Shown here: piece by piece, positions 19,776 through 31,881 of the stretch
How the letters are laid out: each line of letters starts with the position of its first letter
How positions within the stretch are numbered: the stretch's first letter is position 1
NCBI GenBank assembly: GCA_944389515.1
Contig: CALXMQ010000003.1
Location: forward strand, 44,762-108,761
Length of the DNA: 64,000 nt
Source of the DNA: an uncultured Alphaproteobacteria bacterium
Lineage (GTDB): Bacteria > Pseudomonadota > Alphaproteobacteria > Rs-D84
Direction of reading: 5' to 3'
The notes under the pieces: model-generated
What the model saw: only the letters and a program-made list of their open reading frames with translations
Database searches by the model: none
What the model was told of the DNA's origin: nothing
Translations under genes and position numbers: made by a program

Positions 19776-22700
19776 TTCAACCTGTGCTTTAATCACGCTT
19801 GGTATTATCGGCCGTTGTGTTCGATGCGGTTACGGGTAAAATTTTGATTTTTGTTTCATATTTTGAACATAAATTGCGTTACATCACTTTCAACCCTGGG
19901 TTGAATACGAGACGCATTTTACAAGCATTTTTTTCAACATTTCAAAACTATACACGATGCAAAATACGCAAATCGATTGCTGTATTTATGCGCATTTTGA
20001 TTACAAACATGCAAAAGCGAAACAATTCAACCATTGGTTGAATTGGGTCTTGATTTTATGGCATACATCACTTTGTATTATCGACATGTGATTACAAACG
20101 ATATAAATTGATTGTGTACGATACAATATTCAACCTATGATTGAATTCTGTTTTCATTTTATATGCATGACATCACGTTACAGCAGAAACATTTAATAAA
20201 CCAGAAAGTTTTCTGTCATACAATATATACGCAAATCGTTTTAGAATTAGTCGTCTAAATCAACCACAGATTGTGTTTGATATAAAATCAAGGCCATGCC
20301 CCATAAATGGGCAAGCGATTAAACCCACATCCCCCAATATCATGGTTGTGGGATGACCGGTTGGTAAACACGTCGGCGGTGCCCAAAACACCAACCTGTA
20401 CTTTTTACAAAGGCAATGCATAAAGACCAAAAGTTATTCGCACTGTTATACATCTTGGAATTCATGAATACAACAGTGACATTGCCCTAAATACCACGGG
20501 ACAGCACAACCCCAGGTTGAACAAAAATAATTTTACACCGCCATCCTGTGATGTTCAGATTTTTTCCGTGATGCCCGAAATGTAATAAGCGGCCAGGTTG
20601 CAAAATCCGATATCCTTATCCCATATAATCGTCAGAAAATTCGATTTATTCGGCGATTGTCGTTTCACCAGATTTTGCATCAACATAGACAAGAATTTTA
20701 TTATTTAATCAACCTGCGATTGAATCAGGCCTTAAAAAAATATCGTAACAAATATTTTGTTTATTGTTATCACAGTTTTGCTTAGTTGGCAGGCGCCCCG
20801 AAACAATTCAACCACCGATTGAATTGTTTACACTATTCTATTTTTCGCACAATGTTAAAAGCAGCCGCCACGTTCAACCCTGTGTCGAATTTTAATAATA
20901 ATTCTAGTATCTTTCTCGTACAACCTGCTCGCAGACACCCGGTACAGCGTATTTAATTCAACCACGGGTTGTATTTAACCCCAAAAACATATTGTTTTCA
21001 TGTACTTATCAAAAAATGCCGGACGTAAAAATTATAAATCAGTGGCATTGGCTTACTTGTTTTATAACTGGGACGTTTTAAGGTGCGCGATTTGCCCGGT
21101 TTTGTATAAAAAAGAGACATTACGCCAAAAATCCCAGAACGTTTCAACCATAGGCTGAATAAAAAAATAACTCTAATATTTTTACACGACTTTATTTATT
21201 GGGTTTGTATTCAACCCATGGTTGAATTGCCACATGTAACAACATGATGTTTGCACACTATAACAATTTATAATCGAACACCTGCACTAATTCAACCTAT
21301 ACTAGATTTACGCGTTAAAAAATTCCGGCTCTCATGGAACGCCCGAATATTTTCGCATAACTTTGCATAAAAACGTGACAACCGATAGACAATAAAAAAT
21401 CTGCCATTTTGATTCAGAAATTATCGAACTGGGCACAGATTAGCCCCCCCTTTTTTTCATCAACAGAGCCACAAAAAATAACCCATGCGATGAATTTGTT
21501 GAATAATATTACAGTCTGTATCACCAACAGAGAAAGCATCCAAATTCAACATGTTTACTATGGGATATTTACATGTAATTTGTTCTGTTGTGGCGGCAAA
21601 CCCAACAACTTACGATTGAACTTTTGTAATAAATCAACCTGTATTAGAACTGCCGGCTAAACGCCCTACTCTTGCAACACACAAACACATTATAGCACGC
21701 GACAAAAACACCACTGTCGCAACCTGTGGTTGAATCGTACGTTGTTTTCTATTATTCGTAGGTTGAAAATATGTTTTTACACAACCTATGATTGAGTGCA
21801 TGGCCACATTTTTACACAAAATACATCATAATAAACATCTTTCTGCAACAACAAAACAGGTACCAAATTCAACCATAAGTTGCACAAACAAAACAATTCT
21901 ATTATTTCCACCGACTGCATAAATTCAACCCATGGTTGAACATTTTACTAAAATCACGTAACATACAAACGCACATTGTAATAAATACATTTTTGTATCG
22001 GCAGAAAGAGTCCACCAAATTCAACCAATGGTTGAATTTACGTTGTCTTTCTTATTTACAACAGGACACAAACGGTCACAATGCGCTAAATTCAACCCAC
22101 GGTTGAATACACGGCTTTAATCCTGCACAACACAAAAGCAGCCGATGGCAAAACCGCATAATCCGATACTCACACTATCATACATAACAATCTTGATTTG
22201 TATGAGTGGTTATGATGCCCTAAGACACACTATCAACCAAAACAAGAACACTTTTACTATTTCAACCTGTGATTGAATTACGCTTCGAATAAATGCACAA
22301 AATTTATAAAGTTTACCAAAAAAAAGAACGCGACATTTATTTCGGATACTGATTATACAAATAGAAATAATTATGTTGCAGATTGGTATGTAAATTGTGT
22401 TCGACGAGGAAATATAAAAAGTATGGCATCAGCAATCAAATTAAAAATAATGAATGGTAATGAAGCGTTGGACTGGGAACGTTTGTACCAAGACTATTAC
22501 CACTATTCATGTGATTTTAAGCATGTGAATTGGCAAAAACACTGTATGTCTACAGATACAAATTGTGCCAAGGATATGGCCACACAAATTATAAATGTGT
22601 CAAATATGTACTTTTGTTTTATAGCCAGGACATTTTAGGGTGCGATTTACCCGATTTTTGTATAAAAAGAGACTTTGCGCTAAAATTTCCAGAATGCTTC

Positions 22701-22862
22701 AACCATAGGTTGAATTAGAAAAACACTTCTAATATTGTCACCAACTTTATTTATTGGGCTCATATTCAACCTGTGATTGAATCACTGCATATAATAATAT
22801 AATGTTAGCGCGACCTAACAACTAATAGTCGAATACACATAATAGTTCAACCTATGATAGAT
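19776..22862. repeat. Cluster of about 25 dispersed palindromes TTCAACC-N3-G(G/A)TTGAA
   Basis: Perfect copies start at 19889, 20026, 21210, 21924, 22020, 22091, 22698. Near-perfect or degenerate copies at 19776, 20129, 20259, 20505, 20708, 20807, 20873, 20957, 21143, 21291, 21604, 21633, 21718, 21780, 21868, 22261, 22765, 22846. Confidence 0.93.
21059..21325 (+). repeat. Diverged ~270 bp direct repeat, copy 1
   Basis: Aligns by eye with 22615-22882, with three palindromes at matching positions. Confidence 0.85.
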
Positions 22863-22906
22863 TTATGCGTTAAAAAATCCAAGTTTTTATTACTGGGACA
22901 ATTTAA
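22615..22906 (+). repeat. Diverged ~270 bp direct repeat, copy 2, plus start of a third copy at 22883
   Basis: TTTTATAGCCAGGACATTTTAGGGTGCG...GCGTTAAAAAATCC mirrors copy 1. GTTTTTATTACTGGGACAATTTAAG at 22883 restarts the unit. Confidence 0.8.
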
Positions 22907-22970
22907 GCCCCCCCTGCCCCCAATGCAAACAATGGGTAATAAAAAATCCGCAGAAACCTGCGGAAATCTG

Positions 22971-23046
22971 TGGCTCGGGCAACTGGACTCGAACCAGTGA
23001 CATACGGATTAACAGTCCGTTGTTCTACCGACTGAACTATGCCCGA
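22971..23046 (-). tRNA. tRNA-Asn(GTT)
   Basis: TCGGGCA acceptor stem, anticodon loop CTGTTAA, TTCGAGT T-loop, G73, encoded CCA; 76 nt; terminator 22941-22965. Confidence 0.97.
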
Positions 23047-23165
23047 ATAGCTCGCTTATCATATAACCTTTTTAATCCCATTTCAAGTATTTTTTTTATT
23101 CATTGCGATTTTACTTTTTTGGTGATATATTTCAACCCGTCCAATAAAAATATAGAGGAAGCAAA

Positions 23166-23984
23166 ATGTTATTAAAAGGAAAAAAGATTTTAATCACAGG
23201 TGTTGCAAATGATTGGTCTATGGCGTGGGCAATCGCAAAACGCGCCCATGACGAAGGTGCAGAAATTGCAATGCCATATGCCATGCCAAATTTGGAAAAA
23301 CGTGTGCGCCCGTTGGCTGAATCTATTGGTGCAAAATTTGTCCAAGAATGCAATGTTCAAAATGATGAACAAATAGATTCTTTATTTAATAATATTGAAC
23401 AACAATGGGGCAAATTAGATGGTATGCTGCACGCAATCGCGTTTTCAGACAAAAATGAACTGACCGGTCGTTATGCAGATACAACACGTGCTAATTTCAA
23501 AAACACAATGGATGTTTCTGTGTATTCTTTGGTTGATTTGACACGGCGTGCATCTAAATTGATGACAGACGGCGGCAGTATTGTCACCCTGACCTATTAT
23601 GGTGGTGAAAAGTCTGTTCCAAATTACAACGTGATGGGCGTTGCAAAATCTGCATTAGACAGCAGTGTACGTTATCTGGCATCTGATTTAGGACGCGATA
23701 AAATTCGTATCAACGCAATCAGTGCGGGACCAATTATGACATTGGCGTCATCTGGTGTTGGCGGTATGAAATCTATGTTGCGTCTGAACGCAGAACAAAC
23801 ACCATTGCGTCGCAATATGACACTGGACGACGTATCTGGTGCCGCAGTTTATTTGTTCAGTGATTTGTCCAGTGCGGTTACTGGGGAAGTTCACCATGTT
23901 GATTGTGGTTATTCTACGACTGGGATGATTCCAAACGAATTAAAAGAAGTTTTATTAAAGGGTTTGGATGAACAAAACAAATAA
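23166..23984 (+). CDS. fabI: Enoyl-ACP reductase
   Basis: ILITGVANDWSMAW, LHAIAFS, YNVMGVAKSAL, NAISAGPI. Confidence 0.96.
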   Translation: MLLKGKKILITGVANDWSMAWAIAKRAHDEGAEIAMPYAMPNLEKRVRPLAESIGAKFVQECNVQNDEQIDSLFNNIEQQWGKLDGMLHAIAFSDKNELTGRYADTTRANFKNTMDVSVYSLVDLTRRASKLMTDGGSIVTLTYYGGEKSVPNYNVMGVAKSALDSSVRYLASDLGRDKIRINAISAGPIMTLASSGVGGMKSMLRLNAEQTPLRRNMTLDDVSGAAVYLFSDLSSAVTGEVHHVDCGYSTTGMIPNELKEVLLKGLDEQNK

Positions 23985-24134
23985 TACACTGTAAATACAA
24001 ATAAAAAATCCCACGCATGTGGGATTTTTTATTTTGAATATTTTCCTGTAAAAAATAATTGATTTTATATAAGAATACAATCATAATTAGAACATAACCT
24101 TACTTATAAGCAGAAAAACAAGGGAGAGAATATA

Positions 24135-26440
<2,306 letters not shown>

Positions 26441-26450
26441 TTCATAATAC

Positions 26451-26480
26451 AAAATCACCGCCGAACGGCGGTGATTTTTT
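26451..26480. terminator. Bidirectional terminator
   Basis: AAAATCACCGCC-GAAC-GGCGGTGATTTTTT between convergent ligA and the glycosyltransferase gene. Confidence 0.8.
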
Positions 26481-26495
26481 GTTCATATAAACATA

Positions 26496-29400
26496 TTACA
26501 TACTGGTCAAAAATGCTAAATCAGGTGAACAAATTATCCCCAAGCCTTTATCGCTGGTATAGCGCCCTTCCCTGAAATCTATACCACGTGATTTCAGTTT
26601 TTCGCGCAACATACGCCATGTTTCTTGTTCGCCAACGCGGTTCATATCATCCAGTAAAATAACAAATGAAGCATCCAAATTATCTACGATATCCAGAATT
26701 TCTGGGCGTGAGTAATGGTCACTGCCACGTGGGCCATCAATCAGCACCAAATTAAATTTTGTTTTTCCGATGGCATCTGAAAACCCATGATACGTTCTGG
26801 ATTCGTATGGTGGGACAATTTGCACATTTACTGCATCTAATATAGTTGTATAATCAGGTGCATCAGGCATTTGCCGGGCAAAGAAATTCAACCAATCTGG
26901 ATTATTTTCACAAATCATCAATTTTGCGCCCGTGGCACGCGCATATTGTATGGTCAATTTTGACGATTGCCCCAGTCCGCATTCCAGTATGCTGGTGGGA
27001 CGCATTTCATCCAAAACACGATACAATACGTACAGCACAATATAAGACACCGCCCAACGCCCAGGCGACACACTTTTGTTATTCAGCCATGAACTGTTTG
27101 ATATCGTATCATGATAAACATGCGCCCAATATTGTTCAGAATCACGCAAAGATAATTCAGATTGATTACGTTGCACTGCGTCGCCAACCGCAGAAACAGC
27201 CGTGGTAATTTCTGAATTTAATGCAGAAATCTGGTCACCCATGCCATGGCGCATGTTATCAACCGCATCAGTCATATTTTTTGATGCAGTGGCCACGGAA
27301 ACATTGACCGCATTACCCATATCTGTAATTTTAGTATTTAGTTCATCGCGTGCATTATCCACAGATTTATGCAATTTTTTATTCAGCAAATTCGCAGAAT
27401 CTTTGACCACCGCATGAATACTGGCGATACGCCCGTCCAGTTGAACAATGCCGCCATGCAACGTTGTGTGTACAGTATCAGACACATTACGTACATTATC
27501 AGTGACATGTTTTTCCAGGCTGTGTGCGATTTTTTTGGATGATTCACGCATAACGTCCGCCATATCCAGCACACTGGCCGTACCATCAGTTACAACATTG
27601 CGGATTTCATCTGAAAATTCAGATATACGCGCCAAAATATTATTTTGCGTTTCTGAATTTGCCGCAATAATCCCAGTTTTCATACCATCCAGTTGCCGTT
27701 GCAATGTATCACAACGACGATTGATATCTGCAACCGCCCCCATAACCGCCGCATGGTTTTGATTTATCAAATCAACCATGTACCGTCGGCTTCGTGCATA
27801 CAGAACTGATTTTAAGTGGCGAAAAAAATATTTGATGTGATGCGCATTAAAACGTTTGTATAACCAAGATATAAATTTTTTTCTTTGAAATGACGGATAC
27901 ATTTTATTCACAATATCAGTCAATTCTGTTTTCTTGTATCTGTATGGTTCTGTTTCAATATCAACAACAACCTGGGCACCATTTTTAACCGGCATTTCAT
28001 ATGTAAATGGTGCACCATGCCATACAGATATTGGTTTTGATAATATTTCACGTCCATCAATACGCACAGAATTATATGTAACCCATAATGGCACGCGTTT
28101 GCCATCAATCATTTTATAAATTCCACGCAATGATAATCGTAATGTTCCATCACCATGTGATGTTATGACAATTTTTTGACGTTTTTGTGATGATTCAACG
28201 ACACTGCCGGTGCCAGATTCATTTTTGAACCAATCTGGTGTGAATACACGCGCACCAGACGCGACGACGTCCACAGTATTTGTTGATGCCCCAAAGTTTT
28301 TAATATCGACACGAAATACGTTCAAACTATTAAATATATTACGGATATTCATTTTATTCAAACGCGCCCGTCGACCCAACATAGATATCATGTAATATGG
28401 GAATAAAGCATATGTTTTTAACATGCTGTACCGTGGCAATTTATAATATTCACCAGTATCAATATTATATGCCCGTTTGGGTAATTTTAACATTTTACCC
28501 AACATCAGGTTTGTCGCGTCTGTATCCCATACCATAGCCCCCGAAGCTGGTGTAAATGTCATTTCACCAAAATATATTGTTCCATCATCTAATTGATAAA
28601 AATCAACACGGACATAATTAAAACCAGCAGATAATTGTTCCGCCAATTTTTTCATTTGCGCCAAAGACTTTGGGCGTGGTGCAACACTGGAATCAAACAT
28701 ATTATTGTTATAAAAACGTTGTTTTTTCCAATCAGGACTATAAAACGCCGTTTTAAGCCCAGTAGAGTTCCGTCCAGACAATAATTGAATATATTCAACT
28801 TTGCCGTTAAAACACCAAAATTTGTAATCATATAAATCATCTATGGTTTTATTTTCCATAAATTTTTCAATCATGATTTTTGGCTGAATTTCACGATAGT
28901 GTAATTCATATCCGTATTTGAACGCAAAATTTAGGTTCATCCAATAATCTAATTTTTTCTTTACATCTGCTAAATCTAACTTTGTTTTATCACGAACAAT
29001 TATATTCCATCCAGATCCGTGATTACATTTAATAACAAATCGTTTTGGTAATTTCGAAAAATCGATATCTTCGAATCTGTCATATACACCCAACAATGGT
29101 ATCAGATATTTATCACCAATTTTTTCGCGCACCCAATCACGCACCAACAATTTGTCTGCAAGACGTGTTTTTATCGGTGTTGAATCATATAATTTTAACC
29201 ATTGAATTTTTTCATTAAATGTTACAGGACGATATAAATTCAGATATTTATTACAACATTTATTATACCAATCTGATAATAATTGTTTATAATCCAAATC
29301 TGCCACAAAGCTTTTGTATAGTGACGTGTGTTTTGCATAATACCACCAATGTCGGGCATATACTAATTCTGGGTGATTCCATGGTTTTATAGCAGAAGTA

Positions 29401-31136
29401 TAATGAACAATCGATATGTTTTGCTTAGATTTTTCCTGTAATGCTTTATACTGGCTTAGTACATTACTGTTACCTATTGCAGATTGCCACATAAAATTCC
29501 AACCACCATCAATATATTTTACATTATCTTTGCATACCATGTTCAAAATATCTTGGTCGGGACATTTAAGTTGTGTATATTTTTCAACCAAATCAAAGCA
29601 TTTTTGTTCAAGATGTAAAGAATTCCATTTATCGACATTTATCAACAAAACGCCCGAATTAAAATAATCATCAGGATTTATACCCATTTTTTGCAAATAA
29701 TTATACATGCTCTGGCCAACATAATTATGAATCGCGGCAATGTAATTGTCACCAATTTGTTCCTGGAAAATATCGGCAACATCACGCAATATAACAATAT
29801 CACAATCTAAATATAACACACGATGCGCATTTGGAAACAAACGTGGTATCAAAATTCTGTAATACATTTCTGTGGAATAATGCGCCTTTGAATATAAGTT
29901 TATTGATTGAATATATTGATTTACATTGATAAATTTTATACTGATGTTTTCTGATTTTACCGACAATATATCATTTTTTGATTTTTGACTTAAACCACTG
30001 TGGAAAACGGCGATATTGTAAAAATAATTTTTATTTGAATTTTCAACCAAACTTTGCAGCGCAACAACCAAGTATTTAGCATAATTATCATTTGTTGCAA
30101 ATACTATGTTATATGCAAATTCTTGTTGCAGCATCTGTATATGCGATTTATCAAATAATTTGGCATATGTATCCAAATGCGAATAAAAATTATCAGGATT
30201 TTTTTGTATTTGATATTTTAATGAATCTTTAATACGATTATAAAAACCATGTTGTAATAATTGTTGGCGTTTTTGTGTCGTTAAAAATCTTTTTAATTCG
30301 TCAAACGCAATGTATATATTCAATGGATTTGATTTTGATAAATTTGCCGTAATTTGATTGCCTGTATTATATCTGTAATGTATAAATTTTTCTTTTATAA
30401 TGGATATTTTCGATGCAACAGCAACAGCCGCATAAGAAAAATAAACATCATTAGCATTTTCAATGCTTTGAAATTTCAAATTATATTTTGAAATCAATTT
30501 CGCATTAAAAATTTTATTCCAGCAATTTGGTGATGTCAGATTGAAAATTTTATCTTGTACATCATCTATATGTATAACACCTGTTTCTGGGACACATAAC
30601 CATCCCATTTCTTTTGTTACGTTATTTTTATAATCAATCATATCACCAGAAAAAATGCATACATCGGATTTATCTTTTTTTAATTTTGCATAACACTGGT
30701 CCAACATATCCAATTCAAAAAAATCGTCGGAATCCAAGAAAGACAAATATTCACCACGGGCAATGGATAAACCGGCATTGCGCGCCACGCCGGCGTGCAA
30801 ATTTTTCTGGCGCAGGACGGTTATACGTTTATCACGACGGGCGTAATCTTTCAAAATATCCAGCGAACTGTCCGTGGAACCATCGTCAACACATATTATT
30901 TCTATGTCTGGTAACGTTTGATTTACAACACTGTCCAAACATTGCGGTAAATATTTTTCAACATTATATACTGGGATTATAACAGACACACGCGGTTTAT
31001 ACGATATTTTGTTCTGTACAATGATTTCTGCGGTTGTATCTGGGTCGCCATCTGCGTTTTTGACAATTATGATATTATTTTTCGTTACCCGTTTATTCTG
31101 TGACTTCACAGTTTTTTTATTCATTTTCTTGGTCAT
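26496..31136 (-). CDS. 1546-aa multidomain glycan synthesis protein: GT2 + GT8 + TupA-like ATP-grasp + beta domain + long helical/coiled-coil + class I SAM methyltransferase-like
   Basis: VSVIIPVYNVEKYL...FLDSDD (GT2); IVFATNDNY, YLDCD, DQDILN, HYTSAIKPW (GT8); TFNEKIQWLK, DYKFWCFNG, YFGEMTFTP (ATP-grasp); ILECGLGQSS, LIDGP, LLDD (MTase). Confidence 0.85.
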   Translation of the reverse strand: MTKKMNKKTVKSQNKRVTKNNIIIVKNADGDPDTTAEIIVQNKISYKPRVSVIIPVYNVEKYLPQCLDSVVNQTLPDIEIICVDDGSTDSSLDILKDYARRDKRITVLRQKNLHAGVARNAGLSIARGEYLSFLDSDDFFELDMLDQCYAKLKKDKSDVCIFSGDMIDYKNNVTKEMGWLCVPETGVIHIDDVQDKIFNLTSPNCWNKIFNAKLISKYNLKFQSIENANDVYFSYAAVAVASKISIIKEKFIHYRYNTGNQITANLSKSNPLNIYIAFDELKRFLTTQKRQQLLQHGFYNRIKDSLKYQIQKNPDNFYSHLDTYAKLFDKSHIQMLQQEFAYNIVFATNDNYAKYLVVALQSLVENSNKNYFYNIAVFHSGLSQKSKNDILSVKSENISIKFINVNQYIQSINLYSKAHYSTEMYYRILIPRLFPNAHRVLYLDCDIVILRDVADIFQEQIGDNYIAAIHNYVGQSMYNYLQKMGINPDDYFNSGVLLINVDKWNSLHLEQKCFDLVEKYTQLKCPDQDILNMVCKDNVKYIDGGWNFMWQSAIGNSNVLSQYKALQEKSKQNISIVHYTSAIKPWNHPELVYARHWWYYAKHTSLYKSFVADLDYKQLLSDWYNKCCNKYLNLYRPVTFNEKIQWLKLYDSTPIKTRLADKLLVRDWVREKIGDKYLIPLLGVYDRFEDIDFSKLPKRFVIKCNHGSGWNIIVRDKTKLDLADVKKKLDYWMNLNFAFKYGYELHYREIQPKIMIEKFMENKTIDDLYDYKFWCFNGKVEYIQLLSGRNSTGLKTAFYSPDWKKQRFYNNNMFDSSVAPRPKSLAQMKKLAEQLSAGFNYVRVDFYQLDDGTIYFGEMTFTPASGAMVWDTDATNLMLGKMLKLPKRAYNIDTGEYYKLPRYSMLKTYALFPYYMISMLGRRARLNKMNIRNIFNSLNVFRVDIKNFGASTNTVDVVASGARVFTPDWFKNESGTGSVVESSQKRQKIVITSHGDGTLRLSLRGIYKMIDGKRVPLWVTYNSVRIDGREILSKPISVWHGAPFTYEMPVKNGAQVVVDIETEPYRYKKTELTDIVNKMYPSFQRKKFISWLYKRFNAHHIKYFFRHLKSVLYARSRRYMVDLINQNHAAVMGAVADINRRCDTLQRQLDGMKTGIIAANSETQNNILARISEFSDEIRNVVTDGTASVLDMADVMRESSKKIAHSLEKHVTDNVRNVSDTVHTTLHGGIVQLDGRIASIHAVVKDSANLLNKKLHKSVDNARDELNTKITDMGNAVNVSVATASKNMTDAVDNMRHGMGDQISALNSEITTAVSAVGDAVQRNQSELSLRDSEQYWAHVYHDTISNSSWLNNKSVSPGRWAVSYIVLYVLYRVLDEMRPTSILECGLGQSSKLTIQYARATGAKLMICENNPDWLNFFARQMPDAPDYTTILDAVNVQIVPPYESRTYHGFSDAIGKTKFNLVLIDGPRGSDHYSRPEILDIVDNLDASFVILLDDMNRVGEQETWRMLREKLKSRGIDFREGRYTSDKGLGIICSPDLAFLTSM

Positions 31137-31168
31137 GACACGTTATTCCCTTGAATATATATGCTGAA

Positions 31169-31636
31169 TTATTTTTGTTTCATCGCCCGGATTTCTGTAC
31201 GCAGGCGTTCGTATTCATCGCGTACGCGGATTGGATATTGAAATGCGTAAACAATACGTTCACCCAAACTGTTGTGTGTGATGGCGTCTGGGGTGGTGCC
31301 GGCGATACCGGATACCGCACGAACATATCGCCCTTCGCGCCAACCAGAATCTATGTAATGCATCAATGGGCATACTTTGGCGACGGCAACATCTGGATTA
31401 TCGGCCAGGTACGCATCCCCATTAAATTTAGGTGATGGATTGCGACCTTCGCGCCAACCGTATTGTACATAATGTGTAATCGGATCTGCCCCAGCGGCGG
31501 CAACATCAGGGTATTTTGATAAATACCATTTTTCATCAAATAATTTTGATTTACGAACCCGGTGATGTAATAAAATACTTTCATATTTTTTACGACCAAT
31601 CAGTCCCAAATGCCGTAATAACTTTATTAAAAACAT
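31169..31636 (-). CDS. Standalone protein made of the glycan-locus repeat WYLxxYPDV...HYxxxGWREGRNPSP
   Basis: FDEKWYLSKYPDVAAAGADPITHYVQYGWREGRNPSPKF followed by a second copy. Confidence 0.7.
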   Translation of the reverse strand: MFLIKLLRHLGLIGRKKYESILLHHRVRKSKLFDEKWYLSKYPDVAAAGADPITHYVQYGWREGRNPSPKFNGDAYLADNPDVAVAKVCPLMHYIDSGWREGRYVRAVSGIAGTTPDAITHNSLGERIVYAFQYPIRVRDEYERLRTEIRAMKQK

Positions 31637-31676
31637 GTCCTGTTCCCTTTGATTTAATCAATTTTTGGCAAACAAT

Positions 31677-31809
31677 CTGACGGAGGTTAAAAATTTCAAA
31701 ACTCAGCCTCCTGACGGAGGTCAGACTGTCTGCCTGTTTTGAACGCTATAATAGTACTAGAAATAAAATCCTAAGCAAGTCATTTTTTTTGAAATCTAAC
31801 CTCCGTCAA
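31677..31809 (-). promoter_or_regulatory. Putative invertible promoter cassette 1 (sites A, B, C with GA core; promoter TTGCTT-16-TACTAT)
   Basis: A 31677-31690 CTGACGGAGGTTAA; B 31711-31724 CTGACGGAGGTCAG; C 31796-31809 inverted (rc TTGACGGAGGTTAG). The -35 (31773-31778) and -10 (31751-31756) lie on the minus strand between B and C. Confidence 0.8.
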
Positions 31810-31850
31810 AATGAAATATTCCATTGTTTTTTCAACAAAAAATGGAATAA

Positions 31851-31880
31851 AAAAATCGCCCCCAATGGGGCGTATTTTTT
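31851..31880. terminator. Terminator after ABC flippase, insulating cassette 1
   Basis: AAAAAATCGCCCC-CAAT-GGGGCGTATTTTTT. Confidence 0.75.
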
Positions 31881-31881
31881 A

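Noticed and set aside
19776-22862. CRISPR array interpretation of the palindrome cluster
   Set aside because: The repeat is only 17-21 bp with a variable centre, spacing is highly irregular (about 55-440 bp), and there are no cas genes in the window.
19776-22862. Integron attC array (ATTCAAC and GTTGAAT fit RYYYAAC and GTTRRRY with a 5-bp gap)
   Set aside because: No 57-141 bp attC hairpins, no cassette ORFs between sites and no tyrosine integrase; the match is likely coincidental.
11800-22971. Genomic island integrated at tRNA-Asn with att duplication
   Set aside because: No copy of the tRNA 3' end was seen near 11.8-12.1 kb or 19.2 kb, and there is no integrase.
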